From: Phyllobates terribilis
Taxonomy: Eukaryota
DNA length: 64,000 nt
NCBI RefSeq assembly: GCF_046119375.1
Contig: NW_027362766.1
Span: forward strand, 11,718,001 to 11,782,000
Direction of reading: 5' to 3'
The notes below the pieces were generated by a model that was not told the origin of the DNA, ran no database searches, and saw only the letters and a program-made list of their open reading frames with translations. Below are positions 1 through 12,869 of the stretch, one piece after another. The translations under genes and the position numbers were made by a program. Position 1 is the stretch's first letter. Each line of letters opens with the position of its first letter.

Positions 1-3000
1 GAGTTCAGAGAACACAGACATGGGATCGGGTGGGTAAGAGAGGACAAACGTAGGCTTGGGTGGGCTCAGAGAACACAGACATGGGATTGGGTGGGTAAGA
101 GAGGACAGACGTGGGCTTGGGTGAGTTCACAGAACACAGACATGGGATTGGGTGGGTAAGAGGACAGACGTTGGATTGGGTGGGTAAGAGAGGACAGACG
201 TGGGCTTGGGTGAGTTCAGAGAACACAGACATGGGATCGGGTGGGTAAGAGAGGACAGACGTATGCTTGGGTGAGTTCACAGAACACAGACATGGGATTG
301 GGTGGGTAAGAGGACAGACGTTGGATTGGGTGGGTAAGAGAGGACAGACGTGGGCTTGGGTGAGTTCAGAGAACACAGACATGGGATCGGGTGGGTAAGA
401 GAGGACAGACGTAGGCTTGGGTGAGTTCAGAGAACACAGACATGGGATCGGGTGGGTAAGAGAGGACAGACGTATGCTTGGGTGAGTTCAGAGAACACAG
501 ACATGGGATCGGGTGGGTAAGAGGACAGACGTATGCTTGGGTGAGTTCAGAGAACACAGACATGGGATTGGGTGGGTAAGAGAGGACAGACGTATGCTTG
601 GGTGAGTTCAGAGAACACAGACATGGGATTGGGTGGGTAAGAGAGGACAGACGTATGCTTGGGTGAGTTCAGAGAACACAGACATGGGATCGGGTGAGTA
701 AGAGAGGACAGACGTAGGCTTGGGTGAGTTCAGAGAACACAGACATGGGATCGGGTGGGTAAGAGAGGACAGACGTAGGCTTGGGTGGGCTCAGAGAACA
801 CAGACATGGGATCGGGTGGGTAAGAGAGGACAGACGTAGGCTTAGGTGAGTTCAGAGAACACAGACATGGGATTGGGTGGGTAAGAGAGGACAGACGTGG
901 GCTTGGGTGAGTTCAGAGAACACAGACATGGGATTGGGTGGGTAAGAGAGGACAGACGTATGCTTGGGTGAGTTCAGAGAACACAGACATGGGATTGGGT
1001 GGGTAAGAGAGGACAGACGTATGCTTGGGTGAGTTCAGAGAACATAGACATGGGATCGGGTGGGTAAGAGAGGACAGACGTAGGCTTGGGTGAGTTCAGA
1101 GAACACAGACATGGGATCGGGTGGGTAAGAGAGGACAGACGTAGGCTTGGGTGGGCTCAGAGAACACAGACATGGGATCGGGTGGGTAAGAGAGGACAGA
1201 CGTAGGCTTAGGTGAGTTCAGAGAACACAGACATGGGATCGGGTGGGTAAGAGAGGACAGACGTGGGCTTGGGTGAGTTCAGAGAACACAGACATGGGAC
1301 TGGGTGGGTAAGAGAGGACAGACGTGGGCTTGGGTGGGCTCAGAGAACACAGACATGGGATCGGGTGGGTAAGAGAGGACAGACGTATGCTTGGGTGAGT
1401 TCAGAGAACACAGACATGGGATTGGGTGGGTAAGAGAGGACAGACGTATGCTTGGGTGAGTTCAGAGAACACAGACATGGGATTGGGTGGGTAAGAGAGG
1501 ACAGACGTATGCTTGGGTGAGTTCAGAGAACAAAGACATGGGATGGGGTGGGTAAGAGAGGACAGACGTATGCTTTGGTGAGTTCAGAGAACAAAGACAT
1601 GGGATCGGGTGGGTAAGAGAGGACAGACGTAGGCTTGGGTGAGTTTAGAGAACACAGACATGGGACTGGGTGGGTAAGAGAGGACAGACGTGGGCTTGGG
1701 TGAGTACAGAGAACACAGACATGGGATCGGGTGGGTAAGTGGGTAAGAGAGGACAGACGTGGGCTTGGGTGAGTACAGAGAACACAGACATGGGATCGGG
1801 TGGGTAAGTGGGTAAGAGAGGACAGACGTGGGCTTGGGTGAGTACAGAGAACACAGACATGGGATCGGGTGGGTAAGAGAGGACAGACGTGGGCTTGGGT
1901 GGGCTCAGAGAACAGACATGGGATCGGGTGGGTAAGTGGGTAAGAGAGGACAGACGTGGGCTTGGGTGAGTTCAGAGAACACAGACATGGGATCGGGTGG
2001 GTAAGAGAGGATAGACGTAGGCTTGGGTGAGTTCAGAGAACACAGACATGAGATCGGGTGGGTAAGAGAGGACAGACGTAGGCTTGGGTGAGTTCAGAGA
2101 ACACAGACATGAGATCGGGTGGGTAAGAGAGGACAGACGTAGGCTTGGGTGAGTTCAGAGAACACAGACATGGGATTGGGTGGGTAAGAGAGGACAGACG
2201 TAGGCTTGGGTGAGTTCAGAGAACACAGACATGGGATCGGATGGGTAAGAGAGGACAGACGTAGGCTTGGGTGAGTTCAGAGAACACAGACATGGGATCG
2301 GGTGGGTAAGTGAGGACAGACGTGGGCTTGGGTGAGTACAGAGAACACAGACATGGGATTGGGTGGGTAAGAGAGGACAGACGTAGGCTTGGGTGGGCTC
2401 ACAGAACACAGACATGGGATCGAGTGGGTAAGAGAGGACAGACGTAGGCTTGGGTGAGTTCAGAGAACACAGACATGGGATCGGGTGGGTAAGTGGGTAA
2501 GAGAGGACAGACGTGGGCTTGGGTGAGTACAGAGAACACAGACATGGGATCGGGTGGGTAAGAGAGGACAAACGTGGGCTTGGGTGGGTTCAGAGAACAC
2601 AGACATGGGATCGGGTGGGTAAGTGGGTAAGAGAGGACAGACGTGGGCTTGGGTGAGTTCAGAGAACACAGACATGGGATCGGGTGGGTAAGAGAGGATA
2701 GACGTAGGCTTGGGTGAGTTCAGAGAACACAGACATGAGATCGGGTGGGTAAGAGAGGACAGACGTAGGCTTGGGTGAGTTCAGAGAACACAGACATGAG
2801 ATCGGGTGGGTAAGAGAGGACAGACGTAGGCTTGGGTGAGTTCAGAGAACACAGACATGGGATTGGGTGGGTAAGAGAGGACAGACGTAGGCTTGGGTGA
2901 GTTCAGAGAACACAGACATGGGATCGGGTGGGTAAGAGAGGACAGACGTAGGCTTGGGTGAGTTCAGAGAACACAGACATGGGATCGGGTGGGTAAGTGA

Positions 3001-5650
3001 GGACAGACGTGGGCTTGGGTGAGTTCACAGAACACAGACATGGGATTGGGTGGGTAAGAGGACAGACGTTGGATTGGGTGGGTAAGAGGACAGACGTGGG
3101 CTTGGGTGAGTTCAGAGAACACAGACATGGGATCGGGTGGGTAAGAGAGGACAGACGTATGCTTGGGTGAGTTCACAGAACACAGACATGGGATTGGGTG
3201 GGTAAGAGGACAGACGTTGGATTGGGTGGGTAAGAGAGGACAGACGTGGGCTTGGGTGAGTTCAGAGAACACAGACATGGGATCGGGTGGGTAAGAGAGG
3301 ACAGACGTAGGCTTGGGTAAGTTCAGAGAACACAGACATGGGATCGGGTGGGTAAGAGAGGACAGACGTATGCTTGGGTGAGTTCAGAGAACACAGACAT
3401 GGGATCGGGTGGGTAAGAGGACAGACGTATGCTTGGGTGAGTTCAGAGAACACAGACATGGGATTGGGTGGGTAAGAGAGGACAGACGTATGCTTGGGTG
3501 AGTTCAGAGAACACAGACATGGGATTGGGTGGGTAAGAGAGGACAGACGTATGCTTGGGTGAGTTCAGAGAACACAGACATGGGATCGGGTGGGTAAGAG
3601 AGGACAGACGTATGCTTGGGTGAGTTCAGAGAACACAGACATGGGATCGGGTGGGTAAGAGAGGACAGACGTAGGCTTGGGTGAGTTCAGAGAACACAGA
3701 CATGGGATCGGGTGGGTAAGAGAGGACAGACGTAGGCTTGGGTGGGCTCAGAGAACACAGACATGGGATCGGGTGGGTAAGAGAGGACAGACGTAGGCTT
3801 AGGTGAGTTCAGAGAACACAGACATGGGATTGGGTGGGTAAGAGAGGACAGACGTGGGCTTGGGTGAGTTCAGAGAACACAGACATGGGATTGGGTGGGT
3901 AAGAGAGGACAGACGTGGGCTTGGGTGAGTTCAGAGAACACAGACATGGGATCGGGTGGGTAAGAGAGGACAGACGTATGCTTGGGTGAGTTCAGAGAAC
4001 ACAGACATGGGATTGGGTGGGTAAGAGAGGACAGACGTATGCTTGGGTGAGTTCAGAGAACACAGACATGGGATCGGGTGGGTAAGAGAGGACAGACGTA
4101 GGCTTGGGTGGGCTCAGAGAACACAGACATGGGATCGGGTGGGTAAGAGAGGACAGACGTAGGCTTAGGTGAGTTCAGAGAACACAGACATGGGATTGGG
4201 TGGGTAAGAGAGGACAGACGTGGGCTTGGGTGAGTTCAGAGAACACAGACATGGGATCGGGTGGGTAAGAGAGGACAGACGTGGGCTTGGGTGAGTTCAG
4301 AGAACACAGACATGGGATCAGGTGGGTAAGAGAGGACAGACGTATGCTTGGGTGAGTTCAGAGAACACAGACATGGGATCGGGTGGGTAAGAGAGGACAG
4401 ATGTAGGCTTGGGTGAGTTCAGAGAACACAGACATGGGATTGGGTGGGTAAGGGAGGACAGACGTATGCTTGGGTGAGTTCAGAGAACACAGACATGGGA
4501 TTGGGTGGGTAAGAGAGGACAGAAGTTGGATTGGGTGAGTAAGAGAGGACAGACGTGGGCTTGGGTGAGTTCAGAGAACACAGACATGGGATCGGGTGGG
4601 TAAGAGAGGACAGACGTATGCTTGAGTGAGTTCAGAGAACACAGACATGGGATTGGGTGGGTAAGAGGACAGACGTATGCTTGGGTGAGTTCACAGAACA
4701 CAGACATGGGATCGGGTGGGTAAGAGAGGACAGACGTATGCTTGGGTGAGTTCAGAGAACACAGACATGGGATCGGGTGGCTAAGAGAGGACAGACGTAT
4801 GCTTGGGTGAGTTCAGAGAACACAGACATGGGATTGGGTGGGTAAGAGAGGACAGACGTGGGCTTGGGTGAGTTCAGAGAACACAGACATGGGATCGGGT
4901 GGGTAAGAGAGGACAGACGTATGCTTGGGTGAGTTCAGAGAACACAGACATGGGATTGGGTGGGTAAGAGAGGACAGACGTATGCTTGGGTGAGTTCAGA
5001 GAACACAGACATGGGATTGGGTGGGTAAGAGAGGACAGACGTAGGCTTGGGTGAGTTCAGAGAACACAGACATGGGACTGGGTGGGTAAGAGAGGACAGA
5101 CGTGGGCTTGGGTGGGCTCAGAGAATACAGACATGGGATCGGGTGGGTAAGTGGGTAAGAGGACAGACGTGGGCTTGGGTGGGCTCAGAGAACACAGACA
5201 TGGGATCGGGTGGTTAAGTGGGTAAGAGAGGACAGACGTGGGCTTGGGTGAGTTCAGAGAACACAGACATGGGATCGGGTGGGTAAGAGAGGACAGACGT
5301 GGGCTTGGGTGAGTTTAGAGAACACAGACATGGGATCGGGTGGGTAAGTGAGGACAGACGTGGGCTTGGGTGAGTTCAGAGAACACAGACATGGGATCGG
5401 GTGGGTAAGTGGGTAAGAGAGGACAGACGTAGGCTTGGGTGAGTTCAGAGAACACAGACATGGGATCGGGTGGGTAAGTGGGTAAGAGGACAGACGTGGG
5501 CTTGGGTGGGCTCAGAGAACACAGACATGGGATCGGGCGGGTAAGAGAGGACAGACATGGGCTTGGGTGAGTTCAGAGAACACAGACATGAGATCGGGTG
5601 GGTAAGAGAGGACAGACGTGGGCTTGGGTGGGCTCAGAGAACACAGACAT
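1..5650. repeat. 61-bp tandem satellite (~90 units, runs off the left edge)
   Basis: Unit GAGTTCAGAGAACACAGACATGGGATCGGGTGGGTAAGAGAGGACAGACGTAGGCTTGGGT repeated with point and indel variants; it decays into related sequence at 5650-5970 and 6280-6560. Confidence 0.97.
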
Positions 5651-5972
5651 GGCCTCGGGTGAGTTGTGGGGCGCATAAACGTGTGGTGTGGTGGGGCATA
5701 CACGTGAGCTTGGGTGTTATTCAGAAGTGGGCTTGAATGGGGCGAGAGGGCACAGACGTGGGTCAGGACTGTAGAAAGTGAGCAGATGTGGAGTCGGAAC
5801 TGTAGATGGCGTAGAGGGAGCACAGACATGGAGAAGGGACTGTAGATGGGGCAAAGATGTGGGGTCTGGTGAGTTTGAGGGGCTGAGGGGGGTACAGATA
5901 TGGACTCTGGTGAGCTGGTGAGTGTTCAGATGTGGGCTTGGGTGAGTCAAGGGGGCACTGAAATGGGTCAGG

Positions 5973-6275
5973 ACTAGTGTTGAGCGAGTATGTTCTGTTA
6001 ACCCTTTCGCCGAGTATGCTCGGGCCGAGCTCCGAGTATTTACAGCTGCTCGGTGATATGGTTGAATCGCTCACGTGTGCATGATTTGCAACTGTTTGAC
6101 AGTTTTATTACATGTGAGGAATGTCTATTTCGTACACATTCCTCACATGTAATAAAGCTGTCAAACAGTCACAAATCGTGCACACGGGAGCGATTCAATC
6201 ATATCACCGAGCGGCTGTAAATACTCGGAGCTCGCCCGAGCATACTCGGACAGAACATACTCGCTCAACACTAGT
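5973..6275. mobile_element. Fold-back MITE (~300 bp, near-complete palindrome)
   Basis: Ends ACTAGTGTTGAGCGAGTATGTTCTG ... CAGAACATACTCGCTCAACACTAGT; the arms pair up to a short loop near 6120-6130; no coding capacity. Confidence 0.85.
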
Positions 6276-6566
6276 CAGTACTCAAGAAAGTGTACAGGCA
6301 TGTAGACGGGGCGGAGACAAGGAGCTGGTGATTTTGGGGTGCACAGATGTAGGTTGAGGGGGCACAAACGTGGGACCGGGAATGTACACGGGTACAGACG
6401 TAGGGTCAGGTATGTAGAGGGGTCACAGATGTGGGTTCAAAATGGTGGCAGGGACACAGACATGGGATCTGGACAAGAGAGGAAGCAGATTTGGGCTCGA
6501 GTGAGTTGAGGTGCACAGACGTGGGGTCAGGATGATAAGGGGCACAGATGTGGGATCGAGTGAGTT

Positions 6567-6975
6567 GGAGCACACACACGTGGCGTCGGGACCGTAGACG
6601 GGAGCACACACACGTGGCGTCGGGACCGTAGACGGGAGCACACACACGTGGCGTCGGGACCGTAGACGGGAGCACACACACGTGGCGTCGGGACCGTAGA
6701 CGGGAGCACACACACGTGGCGTCGGGACCGTAGACGGGAGCACACACACGTGGCGTCGGGACCGTAGACGGGAGCACACACACGTGGCGTCGGGACCGTA
6801 GACGGGAGCACACACACGTGGCGTCGGGACCGTAGACGGGAGCGCACACACACGTGATGTCGGGAATGTAGACGGGAGCACACACGTGATGTCGGGAATG
6901 TAGACGGGAGCACACACGTGATGTCGGGAATGTAGACGGGAGCACACACGTGATGTCGGGAATGTAGACGGGGCA
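6567..6975. repeat. 34-bp minisatellite (GGAGCACACACACGTGGCGTCGGGACCGTAGACG) followed by 32-bp variants
   Basis: About 8 near-identical units from 6567, then about 4 variant units; explains the 34-aa periodic ORFs. Confidence 0.93.
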
Positions 6976-7191
6976 CAAAAGTGGGGTCAGGAGTGTAGAG
7001 GATGCACAAAAGTGGGGTTGGCACTGTAGATGGAGCACACGTGTGGGCTCGGGACTGCAGGAAGGCATAGACAGTAGACGCGGGGGGGGGGTTGTGCCAG
7101 TAAACGGGGCAAAGACGTGGGGTCGCGACTATAGACGGGGCAGAGACAAAGTCTGGTGGCAGGGAGGCACTGGTGTATCTCACACACACAC

Positions 7192-7264
7192 CTTGTACTT
7201 GCGTCTGGCAGGGATTCAGCTGGTGATGTTGGGGTTCCGGGTCATCGTCCACTACTAATGTCAC
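7192..7264 (-). other. Candidate internal exon of an unidentified minus-strand transcript
   Basis: Unique sequence between repeats, bounded by TTGCAG| and AAG|GTGTGT on the minus strand; one open frame (VTLVVDDDPEPQHHQLNPCQTQVQ) that I do not recognise. Confidence 0.2.
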
Positions 7265-7434
7265 CTGCAATCAGTGCTGAAGTCCTCTGTGCTTGACTAC
7301 ACTCACTGAGGAGTACTGCTGCTCTCTAACGCCCCGTGAGTCTGACTCTTCTTCCTCAGATCTGTGACCGTCTACAGCAGTAACAAGTGCTATATCCTAC
7401 ACTCTGCAGCTGCCCCCTTAGTTCCTTGCTTTCT

Positions 7435-8515
7435 GCCCCCCCCCAAGCAGCTCCTCCTCGCTTTCTGCCCCTCTGTACCCCGCAGCTGCTCGCTTTCTGC
7501 CCCTCTGTACCCCGCAGCTCCTCCTCGCTTTCTGCCCCTCTGCCCCCCGCAGCTCCTCACTTACTGCCCTTCTGCCCCTCGCAGCTCCTCACCGCTTTCT
7601 GCCCCTCGCAGCTCCTCACTTACTGCCCCCCGCAGCTCCTCCTCGCTTTCTGCCCTTCTGCCCCTCTGTCCCCTGCAGCTCCTCACTTACTGCCCCCCGC
7701 AGCTCCTCCTCGCTTTCTGCCCTTCTGCCCCTCTGTCCCCTGCAGCTCCTCACTTTCTGCCCCCCGCAGCTCCTCCTCGCTTTCTGCCCCTCTGCCCCCC
7801 GCAGCTCCTCCTCGCTTTCTGCCCCTCTGCCCCCGCAGCTCCTCACTTTCTGCCCCCCACAGCTCCTCCTCGCTTTCTGCCCCTCTGCCCCCCGCAGCTC
7901 CTCACTTACTGCCCCCCGCAGCTCCTCCTCGCTTTCTGCCCCTCTGCCCCCCGCAGCTCCTCCTCGCTTTCTGCCCCTCTGCCCCCCGCAGCTCCTCCTC
8001 GCTTTCTGCCCCTCTGCCCCCCGCAGCTCCTCACTTACTGCCCCCCGCAGCTCCTCCTCGCTTTCTGCCCCTCTGCCCCTCGCAGCTCCTCACTTACTGC
8101 CCCCCGCAGCTCCTCCTCGCTTTCTGCCCCTCGCAGCTCCTCACTTATTGCCCACCGCAGCTCCTCCTCGCTTTCTGCCCCTCTGCCCCCCGCAGCTCCT
8201 CCTCGCTTTCTGCCCCTCTGCCCCCCGCAGCTCCTCCTCGCTTTCTGCCCCTTGCAGCTCCTCGCTTTCTGCCCCTCGCAGCTCCTCCTCGCTTTCTGCC
8301 CCTCGCAGCTCCTCCTCGCTTTCTGCCCCTCGCAGCTCCTCACTTACTGCCCCTCTGCCCCCCGCAGCTCCTCACTTACTGCCCACCGCAGCTCCTCCTC
8401 GCTTTCTGCCCCTCTGCCCCCCGCAGCTCCTCACTTACTGCCCCCCGCAGCTCCTCCTCGCTTTCTGCCCCTCTGCCCCCCGCAGCTCCTCACTTACTGC
8501 CCCCCGCAGCTCCTC
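7435..8515. repeat. Mixed 24/35-bp C-rich minisatellite
   Basis: Interleaved units CCCCCGCAGCTCCTCACTTACTGC and CCCCCGCAGCTCCTCCTCGCTTTCTGCCCCTCTGC. Confidence 0.93.
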
Positions 8516-8579
8516 AGGTTCTGGCCATTGCTACTTCTCTCTTCAGAACTTGTTTTCGCTCCGTGATAACAATAGGTGA

Positions 8580-8820
8580 AGCCGGTGATGACGTCAGGAG
8601 CTTCCCTGGCGGCAGCCACCAATCAGAGCGCGTGTTCTAGGACGACCCCCTGTGTCTCCGTCCAATGGTAGCGCTCGTCTGTGGCGGGCGCTGTCTGCTG
8701 AAGCCGCGGCACTTGTTTACTTTTCTCCTCTTTCCTGTGGGCGGAGCAGGCCCGTGTTGTGTCTGTAGCAGCAGCTCGCGGGGCATGCCGGGAGCTGTAG
8801 TTTTCTCCTGGCCACGTGGT
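8580..8820. promoter_or_regulatory. CpG-rich housekeeping-type promoter, gene not identified
   Basis: CRE TGACGTCA 8589-8596; CCAAT at 8619 and 8662; GC box GGGCGG 8739-8744; ZNF143/Staf-like ACTACAGCTCCCGGCATGCC on minus 8782-8801; E-box CACGTG 8813-8818. Confidence 0.7.
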
Positions 8821-9119
8821 GACTGATAGAGGAGCCTGTTGCGGATTCCGCAGGCGGATGGTGGTGGTGGAGTCTGCAGTACAGCCTCGTCCACACACAC
8901 CGGTATCACAGGAGAAGGCGGGGGCTGTGGAGCACGGGGCAGCAGCTCTGGCAGGAGTAGGCGCTGGCTGCAGCTTTCTATACTCTTCACCCATGTGACA
9001 GAGGGGGTTGTCACAGGCCAGTGCCGCCCCCTAGGGGCAGATATGCTCAAAGGCAACTCTAGCATTAGGATGGACTGAGGGATGGAGGCACAGGAGAGGC
9101 TTTTTGGCCTCCTGACTGG

Positions 9120-12100
9120 GTGAGGGGCACAGATGTTCTATGAGACTGGACACCCCCGCTGTTCCCCATCTCATGTATGGAGGCGTACGGGGGTTATGTC
9201 CAACTGAACTGCTCCCCATCCCTGATCGCACCCTATCCCCCAGCAGCCCCTCACATGTGGCCACCTGTCCCCCACTAGGACTCACCCCACCTACATCGCT
9301 CCCGGACTGCCTCCTACCCCTGTCACCTCTCGCCCACTACTCACCCCCACAATGTTCCCGCTTCTTCTCACCCTCATGCCCATCCTTCTCCACTTCCTAC
9401 TACCCCCACTCATCACTCCTCCCAGTAATGAAATGCTCATCTCTCCCTCCATCCTACCTACTCACCTCACCCTCTCCTCTGAACTGTTCCTCCACTTTCA
9501 ACCCTCCATCTCCAAACAAACACGCCCGCCACGCTAGCTCTCCTGCCAGCACCTTCTCACCCTCTCCCTGCTCCTCCTAATTGCGGGTGACATCTCCCCT
9601 AATCCTGGCCCACTCCAGCACCCCCCCACTCCCACAACATATAACCAACCCCCGTAACCTCAACAACCTCAGACCCATCCCTCCCGCCCCTGCTTCCCCA
9701 GTCTCCCTTCCGGGCGCCCTCTGGAACGCCCGCTCGGTCTGCAATAAACTTCCATACATCCACGACCTCTTCATCTCCAAAAAAAACTCTCCTTCCTCGG
9801 CCTCACGGAAACCTGGCTCACCCCCTCTGACACAACCTCCCCGGCCGCCCTCTCCTACGGTGGACTTACATTTTCCCACCCCCCCCTTCCCGCCCCAACA
9901 ACACCCGCGGTGGAGGAGTCTGCCTACTCCTGGCCAACACATGCTCCTTCATCCCGATTATGCCTACCCCCTCCCCTCCTTCGAGGCACATTCTGTGCAC
10001 ATCTTCTCCCCTTGCAACCTCCAACTGGCGGTTATCTACCGTACCCCAGTATCCCCCTCCTCTTTCTTTGACCACTTCACAACCTGGCTCCTCCACCTCC
10101 TCTCCTCTGACATCCCCACCATCATCATGGGTGACTTCAATATCCCCGTTGACACCCCCTGCACCGCCGCCTCTGGGCTCCTATCCCTAACCTCCTCCCT
10201 CGGTCTCTCCCAATGGACCTCATCCACCACACACACCGACGGTCACACACTGGACCTTGTCTTCACCCGCCTCTGTTCCCTCGCCGACCTCGAAAACTCA
10301 CCTCTCCCCCTATCTGACCACAACCTACTGACCTTCTCCCCCCCCCCTCTGATCACCCCTCCCCACACACTCGCCCACCCCCGTAGAAACCTCAAACTCA
10401 TCGACTTCCACTCACTCTCCGAGTCCCTCCTCCCTCTCTCCGGCCTAGCTTCTTCTCAGGACGCCGACGCCACCCTCTACACAGCCCTCGACCAAGCTGC
10501 CCCACTCTCACATGTCACAACCTGTGCACACAGACAACCCTGGCTAACGCCCCTCACGAAAAAACTTCGGCAGACGTCTAGAGTGGCTGAGCGGAAATGG
10601 AAGAAATCCCACTCCGCTGAACACCTCACCCTGTTCAAACAGTCCCTCACCGCCTTCAAGACTGCTCTCACGAATGCAAAACAAGACTTCTCTTCCCTAA
10701 TAACCGCCCTATTCCGCAACCTCAAGCAACTTTTCAGTACCTTCAACTCTCTATTCTGTCCCCCTGCGCCCCCCCCCCCGCCTCATCTCAGCCGACGATT
10801 TCGCCACCTTCTTCAAGGACAAGATTGACAAAGTCAGACAAAGCTTCGATCTACAAGCCGCCCAACCCCCCTCACCCAAATGTAGTTTCTCCCCCATGAC
10901 AGACCTCCTCTCCTCTCTGCTAGCTCACTCACACCTCACCACCTGTGCCCTCGACCCCCTCCCACCTCATCCCTAACCTCACCACTGTCCTCATCCCCCC
11001 CTAACCCATCTTTTCAACCTATCACTTAAATCCGGCACTTTCCCATCATCCTTCAAGCATGCCACAATCACACCCATCCTCAAAAAACCCTACCTTGACC
11101 CTGCAATAGTCTCCAACTACTGCCCGATAGCTCTCCTCCCTTTTGCCTCAAAATTACTTGAACAGCACGTTCATGCAGAGCTGTCCTCCCACCACTCCTC
11201 CTCCTCCCTCTTAGACCGCCTTCAATCCGGTTTCCGACCCCACCACTCCACCGAAACAGCCCTAACTAAAGTCACCAACGACCTACTGACCGCCAAGAGC
11301 AAGCGACACTACTCAGTCCTCCTTCTCGACCACCCCCTCCTGCTCCACATCCTAGAATCCCTTGGCATCACTGACCTAGCCCTCTCATGGATCTCCTCCT
11401 ACCTAATGGACTGGACTTTCAGCGTCACCCACTCCCACACCTCATCCTCGCCCCACCCCCTTTCTGTTGGAGTTCCCCAAGGCTCAGTCCTGGGACCACT
11501 ACTCTTCTCCGCATACACCATCGGCCTGGGGAAACTCATCGAATCCCACGGCCTCCAATAACCACTTCTACGCTGACGACACCCAGCTCTACCTGTCTGG
11601 CCCCGACATTTCCGCCCTACTATCCAAAATTCCCCAATATCCATCTGCCATCTCATCCTTCTCCACCCGATTCCTCAAACTCAACATGGACAAGACCGAG
11701 AAAATACTCCCCCCCCCCCCAACCGCTCTCCCCAGCTTCACAACTTATCCATCACAAACAACTGCACCCTCTCACCAGTCACCCACGCAAAGTGCCTCGG
11801 GGTAATCCTCGACTCCTCCCTCTCCTTCAAGCCCCACATCGAAGCCCTCGCCACCACCTGCCGACTCCAACTGAGGAACATTGCCCGAATCCGCTCGTTC
11901 CTTGACCAGGACTCTGCAAAACCGCTTATCCACGCCCTCATCATCTCCTGTCTCGACTACTGCAACCCCTGCTCACTGGCCTCCTCGTTTCCTCCCTCGC
12001 ACCTCTCCGCACCATCCTCAATTCCGCTGCCCAACTCATCCACCTATCTCCCCATTTCACCCCCACCTCCCCCCTCTGCCAAGCCCTTCACTGGCTCCCC

Positions 12101-12605
12101 ATTGCCCTGAGATCACGGTTCAAAACCCTAACATACAAGGCCATACATAACCTGTCCCCTCCCTACATCTCCGACCTGGTTTCCAGATATGTCCCCCCGT
12201 GCGATCTTCGCTCCTTTTAAGAACTTCTCTTCTCCCCTCTCATTTCCTCCTCCCACAACCGCCTACAAGACTTCTCTCGTGCATCCGCCATACTCTGGAA
12301 CACTCTCCCCCATCACATCCGACACTCCCCTACCCTGGGAACCTTCAAGAAAAACCTAAAGACCCACCTCTTCCTTCAGGCCTACAGCCCACACTGAGAC
12401 CCATCCGCTACACCATCTCACCCTCTCCTCTTCCTCCCGTCTCCCCACCCACCCCCTATAGACTGTGAGCCCTCGTGGACAGGACCCCCCCCCGCCCTAC
12501 TGTACCAGTGCGCCTCGTCTCGATGTTTCATGTTAGTGTCCGACTGCCCCTACACTTGTAAAGCGCCATGGAACCTAATGGCGCTATATATTTAATAAAT
12601 AATAA
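9120..12605 (+). mobile_element. L2-clade LINE, ORF2 (APE endonuclease + RT) disrupted by frameshifts
   Basis: EN motifs GALWNARSV, IIMGDFNI, GHTLDLVF, LSDHNLL; RT motifs GVPQGSVLGPLLF and FYADDTQLY; 3' stem-loop GCGCCAT..ATGGCGC followed by an (AAT)n-type tail at ~12563-12605. The 5' boundary is approximate. Confidence 0.9.
9586..9612 (+). other. 2A-like (StopGo) motif GDISPNPGP upstream of the L2 endonuclease
   Basis: Frame from 9550 reads HLLTLSLLLLIAGDISPNPGP; this frame is not shown in the ORF track. Confidence 0.75.
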
Positions 12606-12863
12606 CTGCACGGACGCCCATACAGGGCCCAATTAAAGGAACTCATCTCTTAAACCTCGCTGTTGCCAGTCTGAGCCCACCGCCGGGACCACACAGCTGT
12701 AGGAAGATCTCATCTAAGATGTAGATACACAAGCCCGGGAGTAGCAGTCATGTAGTTACCACAGCAGAACCACCATGTTTCACTTTTGCCCCCCACCCTG
12801 TTCAGGTGCTACCCTCCACCGAGCAGTCAGTAATGGACAGAATCAGGTACAAACTGTAAAGTG

Positions 12864-12869
12864 TTTAAT
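12864..12869 (-). terminator. Candidate CHTOP polyadenylation signal (ATTAAA)
   Basis: ATTAAA on minus ~380 nt downstream of the CHTOP stop codon. Confidence 0.35.

Noticed and set aside
7192-8580. Assignment of the left promoter and exon to SNAPIN from human synteny
   Set aside because: No SNAPIN-like peptide was found in any frame in this window.
7364-8640. 400-aa Pro/Ala/Leu-rich ORFs and 39922-40751 Pro/Gly-rich ORFs
   Set aside because: Low-complexity minisatellites.
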